A stretch of DNA of 64,000 bases from Octopus vulgaris (taxonomy: Eukaryota), in the NCBI GenBank assembly GCA_951406725.2, contig OX597821.1, forward strand, positions 79,670,001-79,734,000. The letters are read 5' to 3'. The notes under the pieces are model-generated. The model was not told the origin of the DNA. It was given only the letters and a program-made list of their open reading frames with translations, and ran no database searches. Of the stretch, positions 27,525 through 41,664 are shown in pieces; within the stretch, counting starts at the first letter, position 1; every line of letters starts with the position of its first letter. The position numbers and the translations under genes were made by a program.

Positions 27525-27682
27525 ATACAGGTACAACAGAAACAGGAAGAAAGAGTGAGAGAAAGTTGTTGTGAAAGAGTACAGTAGGGTTCGCCACACT
27601 CACAACGTCCAGTCTGGGAATCGAAACTGCAATCCCACGACCGAGAGTCCGCAGCCCTAACCACTGGGCCATTGTGCATCCA
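27525..27682 (-). mobile_element. SINE family B fragment
   Basis: 'gggaatcgaaac...gtccgcagccctaaccactgggccattgtgc' is the reverse complement of a tRNA-like head. Confidence 0.7.
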
Positions 27683-29585
27683 CGGCCGAAAAATGTTAGT
27701 ATATCGTTAGGAAGAGAACATTTTGGATCTCGTGTCTTATGAGTATTTTCAAGATGTTGTGGAGCAGTTGTAGGAAGATTTGATTGCTATATAAAGTATT
27801 CCTTTTCGTTGTCACATCTTTGTGTGTTTACTGTACCCTTGAAAACAGTGAACGCGGCTTCCGTCGACAATGGCGGTTCTGAATGGTTAAATGTAAATAA
27901 TTTTAAATGCTCATTACTTATTTATTAATTTCTACAAAAAATTAATGTGATTCTCGACATGCAAAACTACATCAATATAGAAAACTTTTAAAAAATCTGG
28001 TGAAAAATTGAAATAATTCAAGTGATAATTAAAAAGACTCAAAATACTTTGTATTTGGATTATTTCAGACAGAGTTCTTCCTCACTCTTGATGAAGAATC
28101 CTGCTCAAAACTTAAGCTTTTTGTCTCTTCTTTACATCGTTTATTTCCATTTGTGAACTCTATGCTATAAATAGCTGAGGACTCCATTTACATCCATATT
28201 CGCAGACAGAATTAGTGTGTGACTTTGTATCAAAAGTTTGCCTTTACGAATCACGAGTACTTACCATCTGACAAACCTCTTTATAATTCCGTCTGTTCAC
28301 AAGGCCTGAGTCGGTCGGAGATTAATATTGAAAATATATGCCACGTGATCGCTTTGCAATCACGTGGCATGTATCTTCAACTATTTGGCATTGCTTGAAC
28401 ACATGTCAATACACACACACACACACACACACGCGCATGTATGGATGTATTCATAGACGTCTGTGCATACATACATACATACATACGCGCGCGTGTGTAT
28501 GTATGTATATGTCGATAAAAATGTGAAGAAGTGATAGCATTTAGATTTTTTTCCTTTCATTCTTCCGCCCTCTACCCCCATTCTTCCTCAGTTCTGCAAC
28601 GTTTCCATTTACCGTCCATTGGGATTGAACTTGTTTGGCAAGTTAAAGAAAATAATATATTTAATTTTTTTTATCATCATTTCGAAGCACCTATTAAATG
28701 AACCACAATTTAGCTGCAGCTAAGCGCGCTATTTTAATAACAATCTCCAGCGATTTGCCTTATCAGTTGATGCTTGATACCCTGGTTGGTGGAGCGTAAA
28801 AAATGGCGTCCGTTACTACCAATGGTAGTATTTATGAATTCACGTCTTCAGCTTTGATCTTTGCTATGTATTCATGAGAAATGCTTTTTTTTGTTTGAAT
28901 GATGAAAACAACGTTACAATGAACATATCTCAGTGAAAAATAATAATATTTTACCATCACTAACGAATATTTTCATGTAAATATGTTTTTTTAGTCATAA
29001 GCCATTTCAGAAAAATCTTAAAAAAAAGAAAAATGGGGAAGAAATGAATATAGCAGAAAAGGCAATAATATGCTATTCCCAAATCAGTCCCAGTTCGTTC
29101 TCGCCGGTTATTAAAACACAATGAAGAACAATAATGGAAATTCTTCTCACTATATATCTTATTTTATTTAATAAAAACACTGGATGTGTATATATTTGTA
29201 TGTGCATGTGTGCATGTGTGTGTATTACAACACTACAGCGCACGTATGTGCAGATACAGAACACCCCCTCTCCATAAAGACGTGAATACGCGCACTTGTA
29301 ATTCTTTTTATTTAATAAGCACGTTGAAAGGACATATACGTGCGTATATATATGTATGTATATAAACATGTGTGCATGTATGTTTCTATGCGTATATGAA
29401 TGAATGTATACGCACACACAAGCACAGTTTATAAACATACACATATATTGATACGTGTAATTCATTTTATTTAATAAACATATTGAATGTGAATGGGTAT
29501 GTGCATGTGTACTAATAGATACACGAACACACGCACGTACACACATATACATAACAAACACAAATAACACACACACATATATATA

Positions 29586-29628
<43 letters not shown>

Positions 29629-30119
29629 ATATATGAATATGTGTACACACTCATTTCTGATTCTTTTCATTTGATAAACGCATTTAATGGGTATATGTGT
29701 GTCTGACAGAGTGTGCGTGCATATTTATATGTATTATATATATATTTGTGTGTGTGTGTCTATACATATAAATACGTGTGTGTGTGTATAAACACACAAA
29801 CACTGTGTATATAAATGTCAATAAACACACATACACACATTTTTATACGTGTATATGTGTGCGTCTGTATGTATGTAATATCCATTCATTTTATTTTTTA
29901 CTTAATGTATATGTATATATATATATATATAGTGTACGCGCGCGCGCACACACATATATATGTATGTATATATATGTATATATACACATACATACGTACA
30001 TATATATATATGCATCTATACATATATATATGCCTTTATATGTATATATGAATATATATATATACATATGTATATGTAAACTTGTTTATATATATATATA
30101 CATATGTATATGTAAACTT

Positions 30120-30168
<49 letters not shown>

Positions 30169-30639
30169 TATGTATATATAACTATACGTACTATGAATAT
30201 GTACACACGCACACACACACATATCTCCACTCTCGGTTATGAGTCTCTTTGTGTTCGCCGATTTTTTTTTGTGCCGAATTTCTCTGTCGGTTTATTTCCC
30301 TTCTGTGGGAATACGTAATTATGTAACCACCCAATTACACTGAAAGATCTTGTGCTCAGTCGGGCGCGATCTGCCTATCTTTGTAAGATATTCAACCGAT
30401 TGCTAGCAAGCAACATCATCCTTTCTTTCTCTTTTCACACCGTTTTAGAATTATTGCTAACTTAGTTCTTTTATTTATGTCGTTTTTCCACAGAATTCTT
30501 TCTTTCGGTGAAAGAAAAATGGAGGCTTCTAAAGTGAAATAACTGTCAAACGACTTTTCTTTCGCGTTAATGTGTGTTGAACATTTATACCTCATATGAT
30601 AAACGCATTCCGATGATAATCTCACCTAAGAATCATTCA

Positions 30640-30694
<55 letters not shown>

Positions 30695-30899
30695 TTCTTC
30701 TTCCCCCGTCCCCGTTCTCTTACCTTTTCTGCTCTTTTCTTTCCTTCTTTCCTTCCTTTAATTCTTTTCTCATTTTTTTCTTGACATCTACCACCCTCTT
30801 CACTGTCTACACTACAACCGCCACCATCACCACTATCATCACCACCACCACCACTAACAATCCCCTCATCTCCAATTGTAACTTCGGGCTAGAACTGTT

Positions 30900-31180
30900 G
30901 CCTCCACCGTCTCCAACGTCTCCACCGCCTCCACCGTCTCCATCGCCTCCACCGTCTCCATCGCTTCCACCGCCTCCACCGTCTCCACCGTCTCCACCGC
31001 CTCCACCGTCTCCACCGTCTCCACCGTCTCCACCGCCTCCACCGTCTCCATCGCCTCCACCGTCTCCATCGCCTCCACCGCCTCCACCGTCTCCACCGTC
31101 TCCACCGTCTCCAACGTCTCCACCGCCTCCACCGTCTCCATCGCCTCCACCGCCTCCACCGTCTCCATCGCCTCCATCAG
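30900..31180 (+). repeat. GC-rich minisatellite built from CCTCCACCG/TCTCCACCG/TCTCCATCG units
   Basis: Degenerate 9/15-bp units produce the Pro/Ser-rich ORF; embedded in (CAC)n low-complexity DNA. Confidence 0.9.
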
Positions 31181-32756
31181 AATCCTCAAGTGCCACAAGT
31201 GTATCTATCATAACCATCAACATCACTGCCGTGTAAACAACATCACTCTTCTCCTCTTTCCCCATCGCCGCCGTTGCCACTGACGCCGCCACCACTGTTA
31301 CTGCTACAATACCACCACCACCACCACCACCACCACCATCACCACCTACAGCAGTAACAACAAACATCGCTAAACGATAGTCAAACATCACCACTACCAC
31401 CTTCGCAAAAAACACTACCGATTCCACACACCCTCCACTTCCACCACATTACTAGACAACCACCACCACCACCACCACCAAGACCCCCACTACCAAATCC
31501 ACTACAACCGATGCCCCACCCCTCCTCACCAGACCCTCCACAAACAGGCTTTAAGATATTTTCGTTTCTACTATCAGTTTGTGGAGTTGGTCAAAATGTG
31601 TCTGAGCGAATCTCTTTGTTCAGCTGATTTCACGGATACGTGATTGCACATAGTGTAAATGTCTTTCTTTCTCATTGAATACCACCACAAGTGCCGCCAT
31701 TGATTTCATTTATACCACCACCATAACCACCCTCACTACGACCGTTAACACCACCACCACCACCACCGCCACCGTCACCGCTACCGCAGCCATCACCACA
31801 ACCATTTCCAGAAACCGTTTCAATACTGTTGTAAGTTAACGGGGGAGCCTCTGTACTTTATCACCTGGCATGCTAGAAATAGTTGCTACATCACACCCTA
31901 TCGCATCTCAAAAGACGGGCGGTGCAGGATAATTCTTTGCTATAGGAATTAGAGAGGATGGTCACGGATAGCATACCTTTGATCATTGGTCTACTCGATC
32001 AGGGATGACGTAGTGATGAGAAACAGTAATAACATCTGCCACCACAACCATAATCCCCCACCACCACTGTCATCGTGATCACAGGTACGATGTCTTCCTT
32101 TTCAATCTTTCTAACCTCTTCCTTCACCTCCTCCTTAGCAACAGCAATAACAACAGCAAGCTAACGAGGAAAGCTTCCACATGGGCGTTGGATGTGCAAG
32201 AACCACTCCATACGATAAAAGTGTACATCACAATGACTTGGGTGGTTCGAAACACCAGTATATCTGGAACACTAAATTAATGTACCACATCACCTAGTTG
32301 TTCAGTAGATTACATATGATTTATAGATGAGCTGGATTAGCACTGATTGTCAATACAAAATGACATACGCTGTGCTACACACAAACATGTTTACACACAA
32401 ATACATACTTCACAACCTATGAGGTAATGGGAAAAAAGACTAGAGCTCGTGTCGAAATGTAGACGTGTACGTAAGCATCTTTGAAAGTACAAATTACAAA
32501 TAGGATTATATCCTATAAGCTGTCTCGCAGGATTTGGCTTCCTCCCTGATGAATTATTCTCACCGGCTACACTTATGATTTCAATAGACAAAGATCATGT
32601 AACTCTTAGTGTTTTTTCTTTTCTTTCTTTTTTCCCGTTTTTATTTAAATTTTGTTTTCTCGTTCCACCTTTTGCATCCAATTTCTTGTTTTTTTCTTCT
32701 TGTGTTTTCCCATAGACCAGCATCCTGGTTTTCAAAATGACTAGCCATACATATTT

Positions 32757-32855
32757 AAACCTGAAGGATTGCTTGCAGACACGATATATAATTCTGCCGA
32801 ATTATTGTGTTTCTACAACATGAAACTACTAGTAGCTCATATTTAAATACTGTGT
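32757..32855 (+). ncRNA. Degenerate hammerhead-like motif (paralog of 42612)
   Basis: CTGAAGG-ATTGCTTGCAGACAC...GTGTTTCTACAACAT-GAAAC-TACTA-GTA-GCTCA. Confidence 0.4.
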
Positions 32856-33184
32856 ATATTGGCTTCAAATATTGGTACAAGGCCAACAAGTTCGGCAGAG
32901 AGTATAAGACGACTGCATAAACCCCAGTGCTCAACTGGTACTTATTTCATCCACCTCCCCTGAAGATGAAACGCAAAGTGTGAACTCGGTGGAATTTGAA
33001 CTCAGGACGTAAAAACGGACGAAATACTGCTGACCATTTTTCCCGTCGTGCAAAAAGCACTTTGTATATTCAATGATATTTATCTGTCAGTGGATGGGAT
33101 ACTTTTTTTGTTGATCCTACTTATAACGAAATAGTAAACTATAAATACAATGTATTCGTGTGTATATATCTATATATATATATG

Positions 33185-33231
<47 letters not shown>

Positions 33232-33346
33232 GCATACATACATATACATATATATATGCACACACATATACTTAAATACATATATACATACATACATATA
33301 TATATATGTATGTATTTATAATATTTTAATGATGAGAAGAAATGAG

Positions 33347-33411
<65 letters not shown>

Positions 33412-33545
33412 CATACATACATATATATATGTACACACACATATATTTAAATATATATATATATATGTATGTATTTATAATATTTATAATGATAAGGAGA
33501 ATGGAGATTTATATACATACATACATACATACATACATACATACA

Positions 33546-33581
<36 letters not shown>

Positions 33582-34285
33582 CACACACATATATATACAT
33601 ATACACACATTTATACATGCATATTTTTAGTTTCGTGTGAATACATGCTTGAGCATGTGTGCATAATATTTATTTGATTGCTTTTGTATATGTTTATTAC
33701 GGTGTGTTGACGCATGAGTATGTTTAAATGCCGGATGTTGCATTATGGTGTATATATATATATATACACACATTATATATTATCTATATAGGCATACATA
33801 CATGTATGTATATACATGCACACGCAAACACACATATGCACGCAAATATTTATAAATATGGCGCCGGAAATTTATGATAAAACCCAAACATACGATTGTC
33901 CTCTACTGAAAGTCATTTCCGGCAGTGAGCTTTCGATCAATGACCAAACTGGCTCATAACGCGAACATTTTGAGGTTATAAAACATTAAACGTAACATCA
34001 ACAGCTAATAATGAACAGATGCCATTGTAAGATGGTGTGTATTCCAGAACATTTTACGACTCCTATCAGCTGGTTTACATGGCCATGTGGTTAAGAAGCT
34101 TCTTTTGCATCCACATAGCATCAGGTTCAGTCCCACCGAAGGCACACACGGCAAATGTCTTCTACTTTAGCCCTGGATCGATTAATGCTTTGTGAGCGAA
34201 TTTGGAAGACGGAAACTGAGTGAAAGCCTGTCGCCTATATATATTGGGAATAATTGTTTATTATTAACAACAAATCGATCATCAT

Positions 34286-34374
34286 CCCTTACAGCCGTTT
34301 CAATTAATACTCAGTGGATCTAATTAAATATTAAATTCATATGACCATGACCTGAGCATAATATATTCAGAGGG
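34286..34374 (-). ncRNA. Type I hammerhead-like motif with G8->U core change
   Basis: Minus strand: CCCT-CTGAATA-tattaTGCTCAG...CTGAGTAttaatt-GAAAC-GGCT-GTA-AGGG; stems I, II and III can all pair. Confidence 0.6.
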
Positions 34375-34617
34375 AAAAAATATATAGATATGTATGTGTG
34401 TGTGTTTCTTGGTGTGTTTGTGGGTGCGCGCGCGTGTGCGCGTGTTAGTATGTATGTGTGTTTAGTACTTATTTTATCGTTTTTTTTTTTACGGAATTGC
34501 TAAATTACTTTGATGTAAACAAACTATCACCGGTTGTTAAGCAGTGGTGGAGGACAAACACAACACAAAGATGCACATACACACATAGATATATGTATAA
34601 GTACATAATATAAATAC

Positions 34618-34659
<42 letters not shown>

Positions 34660-34972
34660 ATATAATATAATATAAATATAAGAGAGTGGTCACTATATTG
34701 CTCACTCTAGCACCAGTTAATCCAAAAGGTTTCAACCACGAAAATACATGCTTACCATGAAAGTCAGTACGATTGTTAGCTCACCCTTATTAATTAATTA
34801 TAATTATGCTGCATTTATTTCTAAATGCTGTATTTGTTTTCCGTGAAAGTTTGGCGCGCTGTTGGTTGGGGCATTTGAATTATAACGTCGGGTGTAATCA
34901 ATTGAACCACACGCGTATTTATCGTTATGGTAAAATCTGGCGTGTGATTGAGTGCATTTCATCCAGATAGTC

Positions 34973-35050
34973 TTGGCTGACGAGCTACAAATGGATTTTT
35001 TTGTAAGTAAAATTACATTTAATTCATTAATAGCGAAACAATTGTCCCAA
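34973..35050 (+). ncRNA. Type I hammerhead ribozyme, canonical core (copy 1)
   Basis: TTGG-CTGACGA-GCTA-(43 nt)-TAGC-GAAAC-AATT-GTC^-CCAA; predicted cleavage after C35046. Confidence 0.85.
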
Positions 35051-35507
35051 AATAATCTGTATTTTTGTTATTTTTTATTTGCCCTGTCCGTGTGAGCTAA
35101 CAATCGTACTGACTTTCATGGTAAGCATGTATTTTCGTGGTTGAAACCTTTTGGATTAACTGGTGCTAGAGTGAGCAATATAGTGACCACTCTCTTATAT
35201 TTATTTTGTAAAAATATTATAATATGTTATAAAATATTATAATAATCCAGGTTTCTCGAAGCACTAGGCCACTTGGTGTTGAATAAATATACTATTAAAT
35301 TAGTATCTAATTCTCTCACCCTTATTAATTAATTATAATTATGCTGCATTTATTTCTAAATGCTGTATTTGTTTTCCGTGAAAGTTTGGCGCGCTGTTGG
35401 TTGGGGCATTTGAATTATAACGTCGGATGTAATCAATTGAACCACACGCGTATTTATCGTTATGGTAAAATCTGGCGTGTGATTGAGTGGATTTCATCTA
35501 GATAGTC

Positions 35508-35585
35508 TTGGCTGACGAGCTACAAATGGATTTTTTTGTAAGTAAAATTACATTTAATTCATTAATAGCGAAACAATTGTCCCAA
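35508..35585 (+). ncRNA. Type I hammerhead ribozyme, canonical core (copy 2)
   Basis: Same motif 535 nt downstream; predicted cleavage after C35581. Confidence 0.85.
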
Positions 35586-35863
35586 AATAATCTGTATTTT
35601 TGTTATTTTTTATTTGCCCTGTCCGTGTGAGCTAACAATCGTACTGACTTTCATGGTAAGCATGTATTTTCGTGGTTGAAACCTTTTGGATTAACTGGTG
35701 CTAGAGTGAGCAATATAGTGACCACTCTCTTATATTTATTTTGTAAAAATATTATAATATGTTATAAAATATTATAATAATCCAGGTTTCTCGAAGCACT
35801 AGGCCACTTGGTGTTGAATAAATATACTATTAAATTAGTATCTAATTCTCTCACCCTTATTAA

Positions 35864-35926
<63 letters not shown>

Positions 35927-36121
35927 CAGATATATATGCATAGATATAGATGTTCACGCGTATGTATATGTATAACAACCCGTCATATATATATATATAT
36001 GTGTGTATATACATTTATATATTTATATGTATATAGATATGTACACACACACACATACATACTCACGCATATACACACACTTATACGAAGCGTTGATCGG
36101 GATTAAAATGGCATAGTCCTT

Positions 36122-36446
36122 TATTCATTTACTTGTTTCAGACACTTGACAGCGGCCATGCTGGAACACCGCCTTTAGTCGAACAAATCGACCCCGAGAT
36201 TTATACTTTGTAGGCCTAATACTTATTCTATCGGTGTCCTTTGCCGAACCACTAGATTACGAGTGCGTAAATGCACCAACATCGTTTGGCAAGAGATGGT
36301 GGGGTTACAAACACAGACACACATACTTATACTCATAAATATACACATATATACGACATTCTTCTTTCAGTGTCCGTCTACCAAATTCACTCACAAGGTC
36401 TCGGTCAGTCTGAGGCTATAGTATATATGCATACATACATATATGC

Positions 36447-36484
<38 letters not shown>

Positions 36485-36534
36485 ATGTATATATGTATAT
36501 ATAAATACACATGTATATGTATATATATACATAC

Positions 36535-36568
<34 letters not shown>

Positions 36569-36866
36569 GTATATATAGGCGCAGGAGTGAGTGGATTTGG
36601 TAAACGGAAACTGAAAAGAAGCTCGTTGCATATATGTATATATATATATATGTATGTGTGTGTGTATATGTTTGTGTATCTGTGTTTGTCACCCCCACAT
36701 CGCTTGACAATCGATGCCGGTGTGTTGACGTCCCCGTAACTTAGCGCTTCGGCCAAAGAGACCAATAGAATAAGTACTAGGCTTACAAGGAATAAGTCCT
36801 GGGGTTGATTTGCTCGACTAAAGGCTGAGCTCCAGCGTGGCCACAGTGAAAATAAACAAGTAAAAG
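36122..36866. mobile_element. Two oppositely oriented family A SINE fragments separated by microsatellite
   Basis: 36122-36421(-) and 36578-36866(+) both match the family A body and tail. Confidence 0.75.
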
Positions 36867-36899
36867 ATATATATATATACACATATATACACACATATG

Positions 36900-36931
<32 letters not shown>

Positions 36932-38110
36932 CATATACATATATGTATATATATATACATACACACACACACACTCACATATATATATATATAATATATA
37001 TATGTATATGTATCTATATCTATATCTATATGTATCCCTAAAGCAACATCAGGTTTGCTAAAGAAAAGGCGATCACCTTGTCGCTGTTGTGATTACAGAC
37101 AGACAGACAGACAAAGAATTATATAGTTTAAATGTTAATTTAAGGCTTACTATATATCTGTAAACACGTTGCAACTGCTACGATAAATATTAACCTGTAA
37201 TTGAACGGTAAATGTGTAAAATAGGATGATGTTTATGGTTTTGAAAGTGAAAGAATAAAAGTGAAACAATATTATATCCCATTACAATAGAGATGTCATT
37301 GTTTCACTTTTGACACGTGATACCGAAGAGATTGCTCCAGGCCCACATTTGGCAAGAAGTTGAAAAATCTTTTGGCCCATGACACTCCATGGACCATAAA
37401 TAATGCATGTGTAAAACTTGAATGAAATTGGCTGGGTATTTCTCGAGTTTTAGTGTTTCACTCATACATACATGGTGGCTGCCCCCTCGTTATCGAGTAT
37501 GGCCATTGCACGAAGCTTAATCAATGTTGTTATCGTGCAATGCCTGTGCAAGAAGATTTTTTTTTAAGTGAAGAAAGGCTGTGCACTGAGTCAGTCTCAC
37601 TCACTAAGCAACAGCAGCCTTAATCCGAAAAGAAGAACAAGTCAACATCATCGGTAACCACTGAGCCACAGGTTTTATGTCGAGTTATCCCAGTTACCTG
37701 AGTTGCCTTCTCCTAGAAGGATGCCCTAACAAAGGCTAGGAGTCCTTCACTCCCAATGGTTTAACCGCGCGATCGGGTATTCAGTCCAATTATTTCTATG
37801 TCCCCGCGCATGATACATCTTTAAGACATTTATTGGATGATCGTTGACTCTCAAGAATTCCTCCGCCCTTTGACGGGTTTTGTTTTTCATCCCGTAGGGT
37901 GACCAATAAACACCCTCCTCACCAAGCGAGCTTGGTGGGGTTGCCGGTTTAGTCGCCGACGACCCGACCATGCAACAGGTTGTACTGGGTTACATGTTAC
38001 CAGTAGCACTCGAAAGTGACCTGACACAAACATACATACGTACGTACATACATACATACATACATACATACATACATACATACATACATACATACATACA
38101 TACATACATA

Positions 38111-38597
38111 CGGGGTGTTCCAGAATTAATTATCTGTTTCATTGAAATTGAGCAAATTTTAAAAAGACATGTCAGAATTTTATGTTTATTACCAAACCAA
38201 ACAGATTTATAAATCTTACGTCAAACTTTTATTGAAAATTTTCAACATGTCTGTATTCTTGCATACTTCAAATCTCCCCTTAGCTGTTGTGAAACACATT
38301 TTGAAGCATTTCCGGATTTAGCTCCTGCACTGCTAACTGAATGTGTTCTTTAATCTCAGCTAAACGATTGCTTCATCTTGGGGATGGAGGTAAAGAAAAG
38401 GATTGCTGCCAAATTGAAAACAAAAAAACTGTCATGGACAAACAAGAGGGGTCCAACAGGAATGAAAATATAATTATAAGCAAAATTCAAAATTTATACA
38501 CTTTTAATACATATTAAACATGATAAACATAAATAAAAGTGAGTTTTTAAAAAATGCATCCGATTTCACTCAAATCATCATTAATTCTGGACACCCG
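38111..38597. mobile_element. Internally deleted Tc1/mariner-type element
   Basis: TA|cggggtgttccagaattaat ... attaattctggacacccg inverted termini. Confidence 0.65.
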
Positions 38598-39448
38598 AAC
38601 TTACTCGTCCGACTAAACGGGGGAGGAACACGTGGGGGTGGTGGTGGACTAATTGCATGTGGCAAGCGTAGCTTCTGGAAGTGGTCACCCTGTCAAACTG
38701 AAATGGCTGTGAGTCACAACAGCAGTTTGTTTTTTGTATGAACATTTTGTATTATATAGTTCAGACATGGATGACATAGAAAGCAGACATGTTGCCGGGC
38801 CATGCTGTGTTGCGCAGGATTGGAAACGTGAAACATTAATAGGGCACTTCTGGAGAATGGATGAATGGGTTTGATGTGCCTTTATCCAGGCGCACACACA
38901 CGCACATGGCCCGGTGGTGCGCTGGATGGTAACATGAAGCATCAACAAGACGCCGACAATAATTTTAATTTTCTTCTCATTTCCTCTGCCAAATTGAACA
39001 AAAGTGGTTTTCATGAAATATTATACGCTACTTTTAATGCATAAGTAGTGTCAATATTTCATCGTCGGAAAATGGCCTAAAACAACGATTAAACCCAGTG
39101 CAAAATACTCAAATCTTACTAATCTGCATTTGTTTTGGGTGGGATGGGGGACATTATCGGCGTCGGAAAATTTTTGAGTCAACAGCAATTCGAGGTTCCT
39201 GATTAATGTTTGTAGCAAATTGGGAGGAAAGCGACTGGATACTGTTCAAATTACGGGCCTTAACGCTGCGAAAATGCTTTAAAATGCGGTTATCTGCCTC
39301 TGGGCCCTCATTAGGCAAGAAGTTGAAAATGTTTTGGCCCATGACACTCCGTGGACCCTATGTAATGCATGTGTAAGATTTCATTAAAATCGGTTGGGTG
39401 AATCTCGAGTTTTAACGACATGACAAACACCATCCTCTGTTTTATATA

Positions 39449-40711
39449 CAGGGTATCCCGCCAAAATGTATACACACTTTAAATAATTGTAAAGTAGGTG
39501 TTTATTTAAATACATTTCATTTTCAAAATTTAATAGAATCTACAGACATAACTTTATTGTTTTGTCAACGCCTGTTTTCAAACTGACGTCCTTTCTGGTC
39601 CAGGCACTGCTGACAACGCGAAGCAATGGAATCGCAAACATAACGAAACAATTCATTTGGTATTTGTGTGCATTCTTGTTCAATGGCTGCTCTGAAATCA
39701 GCGACTGTTTCGGCTTTCACAGCGTAGACTTTGTCTTTTAGGTATCTCCATCAAAAAATTCTAGTGGTGTGAGGTCTGGTGAACGTGGAGGGTCTTAAAT
39801 CCTTTCGTCCAATCCACCTGTTTGGCAAGGGCTCATCAAGGAAGAATCTAGCATTGCGATAGTAGTGTGGGGATGCCCCATCTTGCTGAAAATAAAACTC
39901 CTCATCTTCAAAGTCTTCTCTAAAGCTTGGCATGACAGACTGTTGCAGCAAGTTCAAGGAAACGGGACCAGTCACAGTAGCATCAAAAAAGAATGGCCCA
40001 GTTAACCCTCTTGATGATAAGCCACACCATACTGTAACTCCTGGTAAGTTAACGTGGTGTTCCAACATAACATGTGGATTCTCAGGTCCCCACTAGGTGC
40101 AATTGTGGAAGTTAATTGAACCATTTAATTTAAATATGGCCTCATCATTGCACACAATCTTTATTAGTAAGTGTGCGTCTTTTGCACATCGTGCCATGCT
40201 CCACTCGAAATACTACTCACTTAGGTCTGGATCATCGTCATTAATAGCATGAATTAATCTTGGAACGTAACTTTTCCATTGACAACGCTTCAAAATGCGT
40301 TGGACAGACGATTTTGAAATACCTGCCTCACGACTCGCTTGCCGCACAGATTTTCTTGGACTTAGATGATATGTTTCCAGCACTCCTTCTTGCTTTGTGG
40401 GGGTTGCCGATGTTCGTGGTCTTCCGGAACGATTCTCGTGGACACTCTGAACAGTTCTATCGGCTTCAAACTTATCTCTAATTCGAGTGATGGTAAGTCG
40501 CGTTGGTGGATCTGTTTGAAACTCCCTCCTAAATTGTCTTTGCACTTCAACAGCGCTTTCACATTTCCAGTAGCATTTTAGAATGGATGTCCTTTGTTCA
40601 AAGCTTAGTCTCACTGCCATCATTAATTTCAATGAGTTTGATCTGGAAAGAAAAAATATCAATTGAGTAATGAGCTGCTGCAGTGTTTATACATTTCTTT
40701 GGGACATCCTG
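39449..40711 (-). mobile_element. Full-length Tc1/mariner-superfamily transposon (~1263 bp), disabled transposase
   Basis: TA|cagggtatccc..aaatgtatacacac and gtgtttatacattt..gggacatcctg|TA TIRs; '[16 protein letters not shown]...VQRQFR..F..DPPTR..I..IRDKFE', 'RSGRPRT', '[15 protein letters not shown]', '[11 protein letters not shown]', 'RWIGR'. Confidence 0.92.
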
Positions 40712-41664
40712 TATATAGATTACGAGCTTCTTTCAGTTTCCGTGTACGAAATCCACTCACAATTTTTTCGTCGGTTCGGGCTATAGGTTCTACGCAGTGG
40801 GACTGAAACCAAAAACACATGGTTAAGAAGTAAGCATCTTTACCAGAGAGCATCGCCTACACATGTCCATCAAAAGAAAGTCACTCTAATTTTCCTTTTG
40901 AAGTTAGTATAAAAACTGCAGAATGTAGCGATACTGTAGACTTTAAAAAAAACATAAGACTAACTCTCGAAATGATCTTACTGTTAAATTAATTAACCCA
41001 CACTGAAAATATTTTACTGATGACTAAGAACAAACTCGAGAATATGACTTGTAATACGATATAACATAGCGTTTTAAAAATTATAAATATAAATGATGAG
41101 CAAGACATTTCAGATTACAGACTAAGAGAAATACAAAAATTATCAAAAGGTAATCTTTATTTCTTACTTAACATGGATGCCTTGTTAGAACACTGAATAG
41201 TGCGTTATTAGCCTGGGGAGGTTCTCTCATATGGGCACTTGGTGCATAAAAGTACAAACGTATCGAAGCAGACGGGATTTGTCTGCCACGGGTGCCGGAA
41301 TTCCTATGTTATGTTATCTCGGTTTACGGGACCCCGTCAGTGGAGAGCACCGGTCACTTCATGCGAGTAGAATCTCATTGCTTCGATATATAGAATTTCA
41401 GCATATTTTCAGACGATGATGTTGCAAATATCCAGCAGGCTAATTAAGAATTAGTTAATAGCGATGGAAGCGGCATTAATACCAAACGGTAATCTTTATA
41501 TACCTAATCTAACAAGGATGCTTTACTTTCACGGGATTCGAAGAGTGAAGTTTCCAAAACCGTCTTCAACAATGATCTTTCCAAATACACCATCAACGCT
41601 TCTGGAAAGACAAAGTTTTTTTCCACAGCGAAGCTAAATGTATGCTAATTATATATGATAAAAA

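Larger units (their letters stand above)
34672..35872 (+). mobile_element. Hammerhead-bearing 535-bp tandem element (retrozyme / Penelope pLTR-like) with inverted 5' fragment, inside (TA)n
   Basis: Units 34780-35314 and 35315-35849, plus 23 bp of a third. 34672-34784 is the reverse complement of 35092-35204. (TA)n on both sides. Confidence 0.85.

Noticed and set aside
28085-28120. TTGATGAAG..CTCAAAAC and similar near-hammerhead strings (also 15735, 45927)
   Set aside because: Too many core and stem mismatches; expected by chance in AT-rich DNA.
30574-31427. 220-aa Pro/Ser-rich extensin- or formin-like ORF and its Gly/Asp antisense ORF
   Set aside because: A minisatellite open on both strands, preceded by (TTTC)n; no domain or splice evidence.
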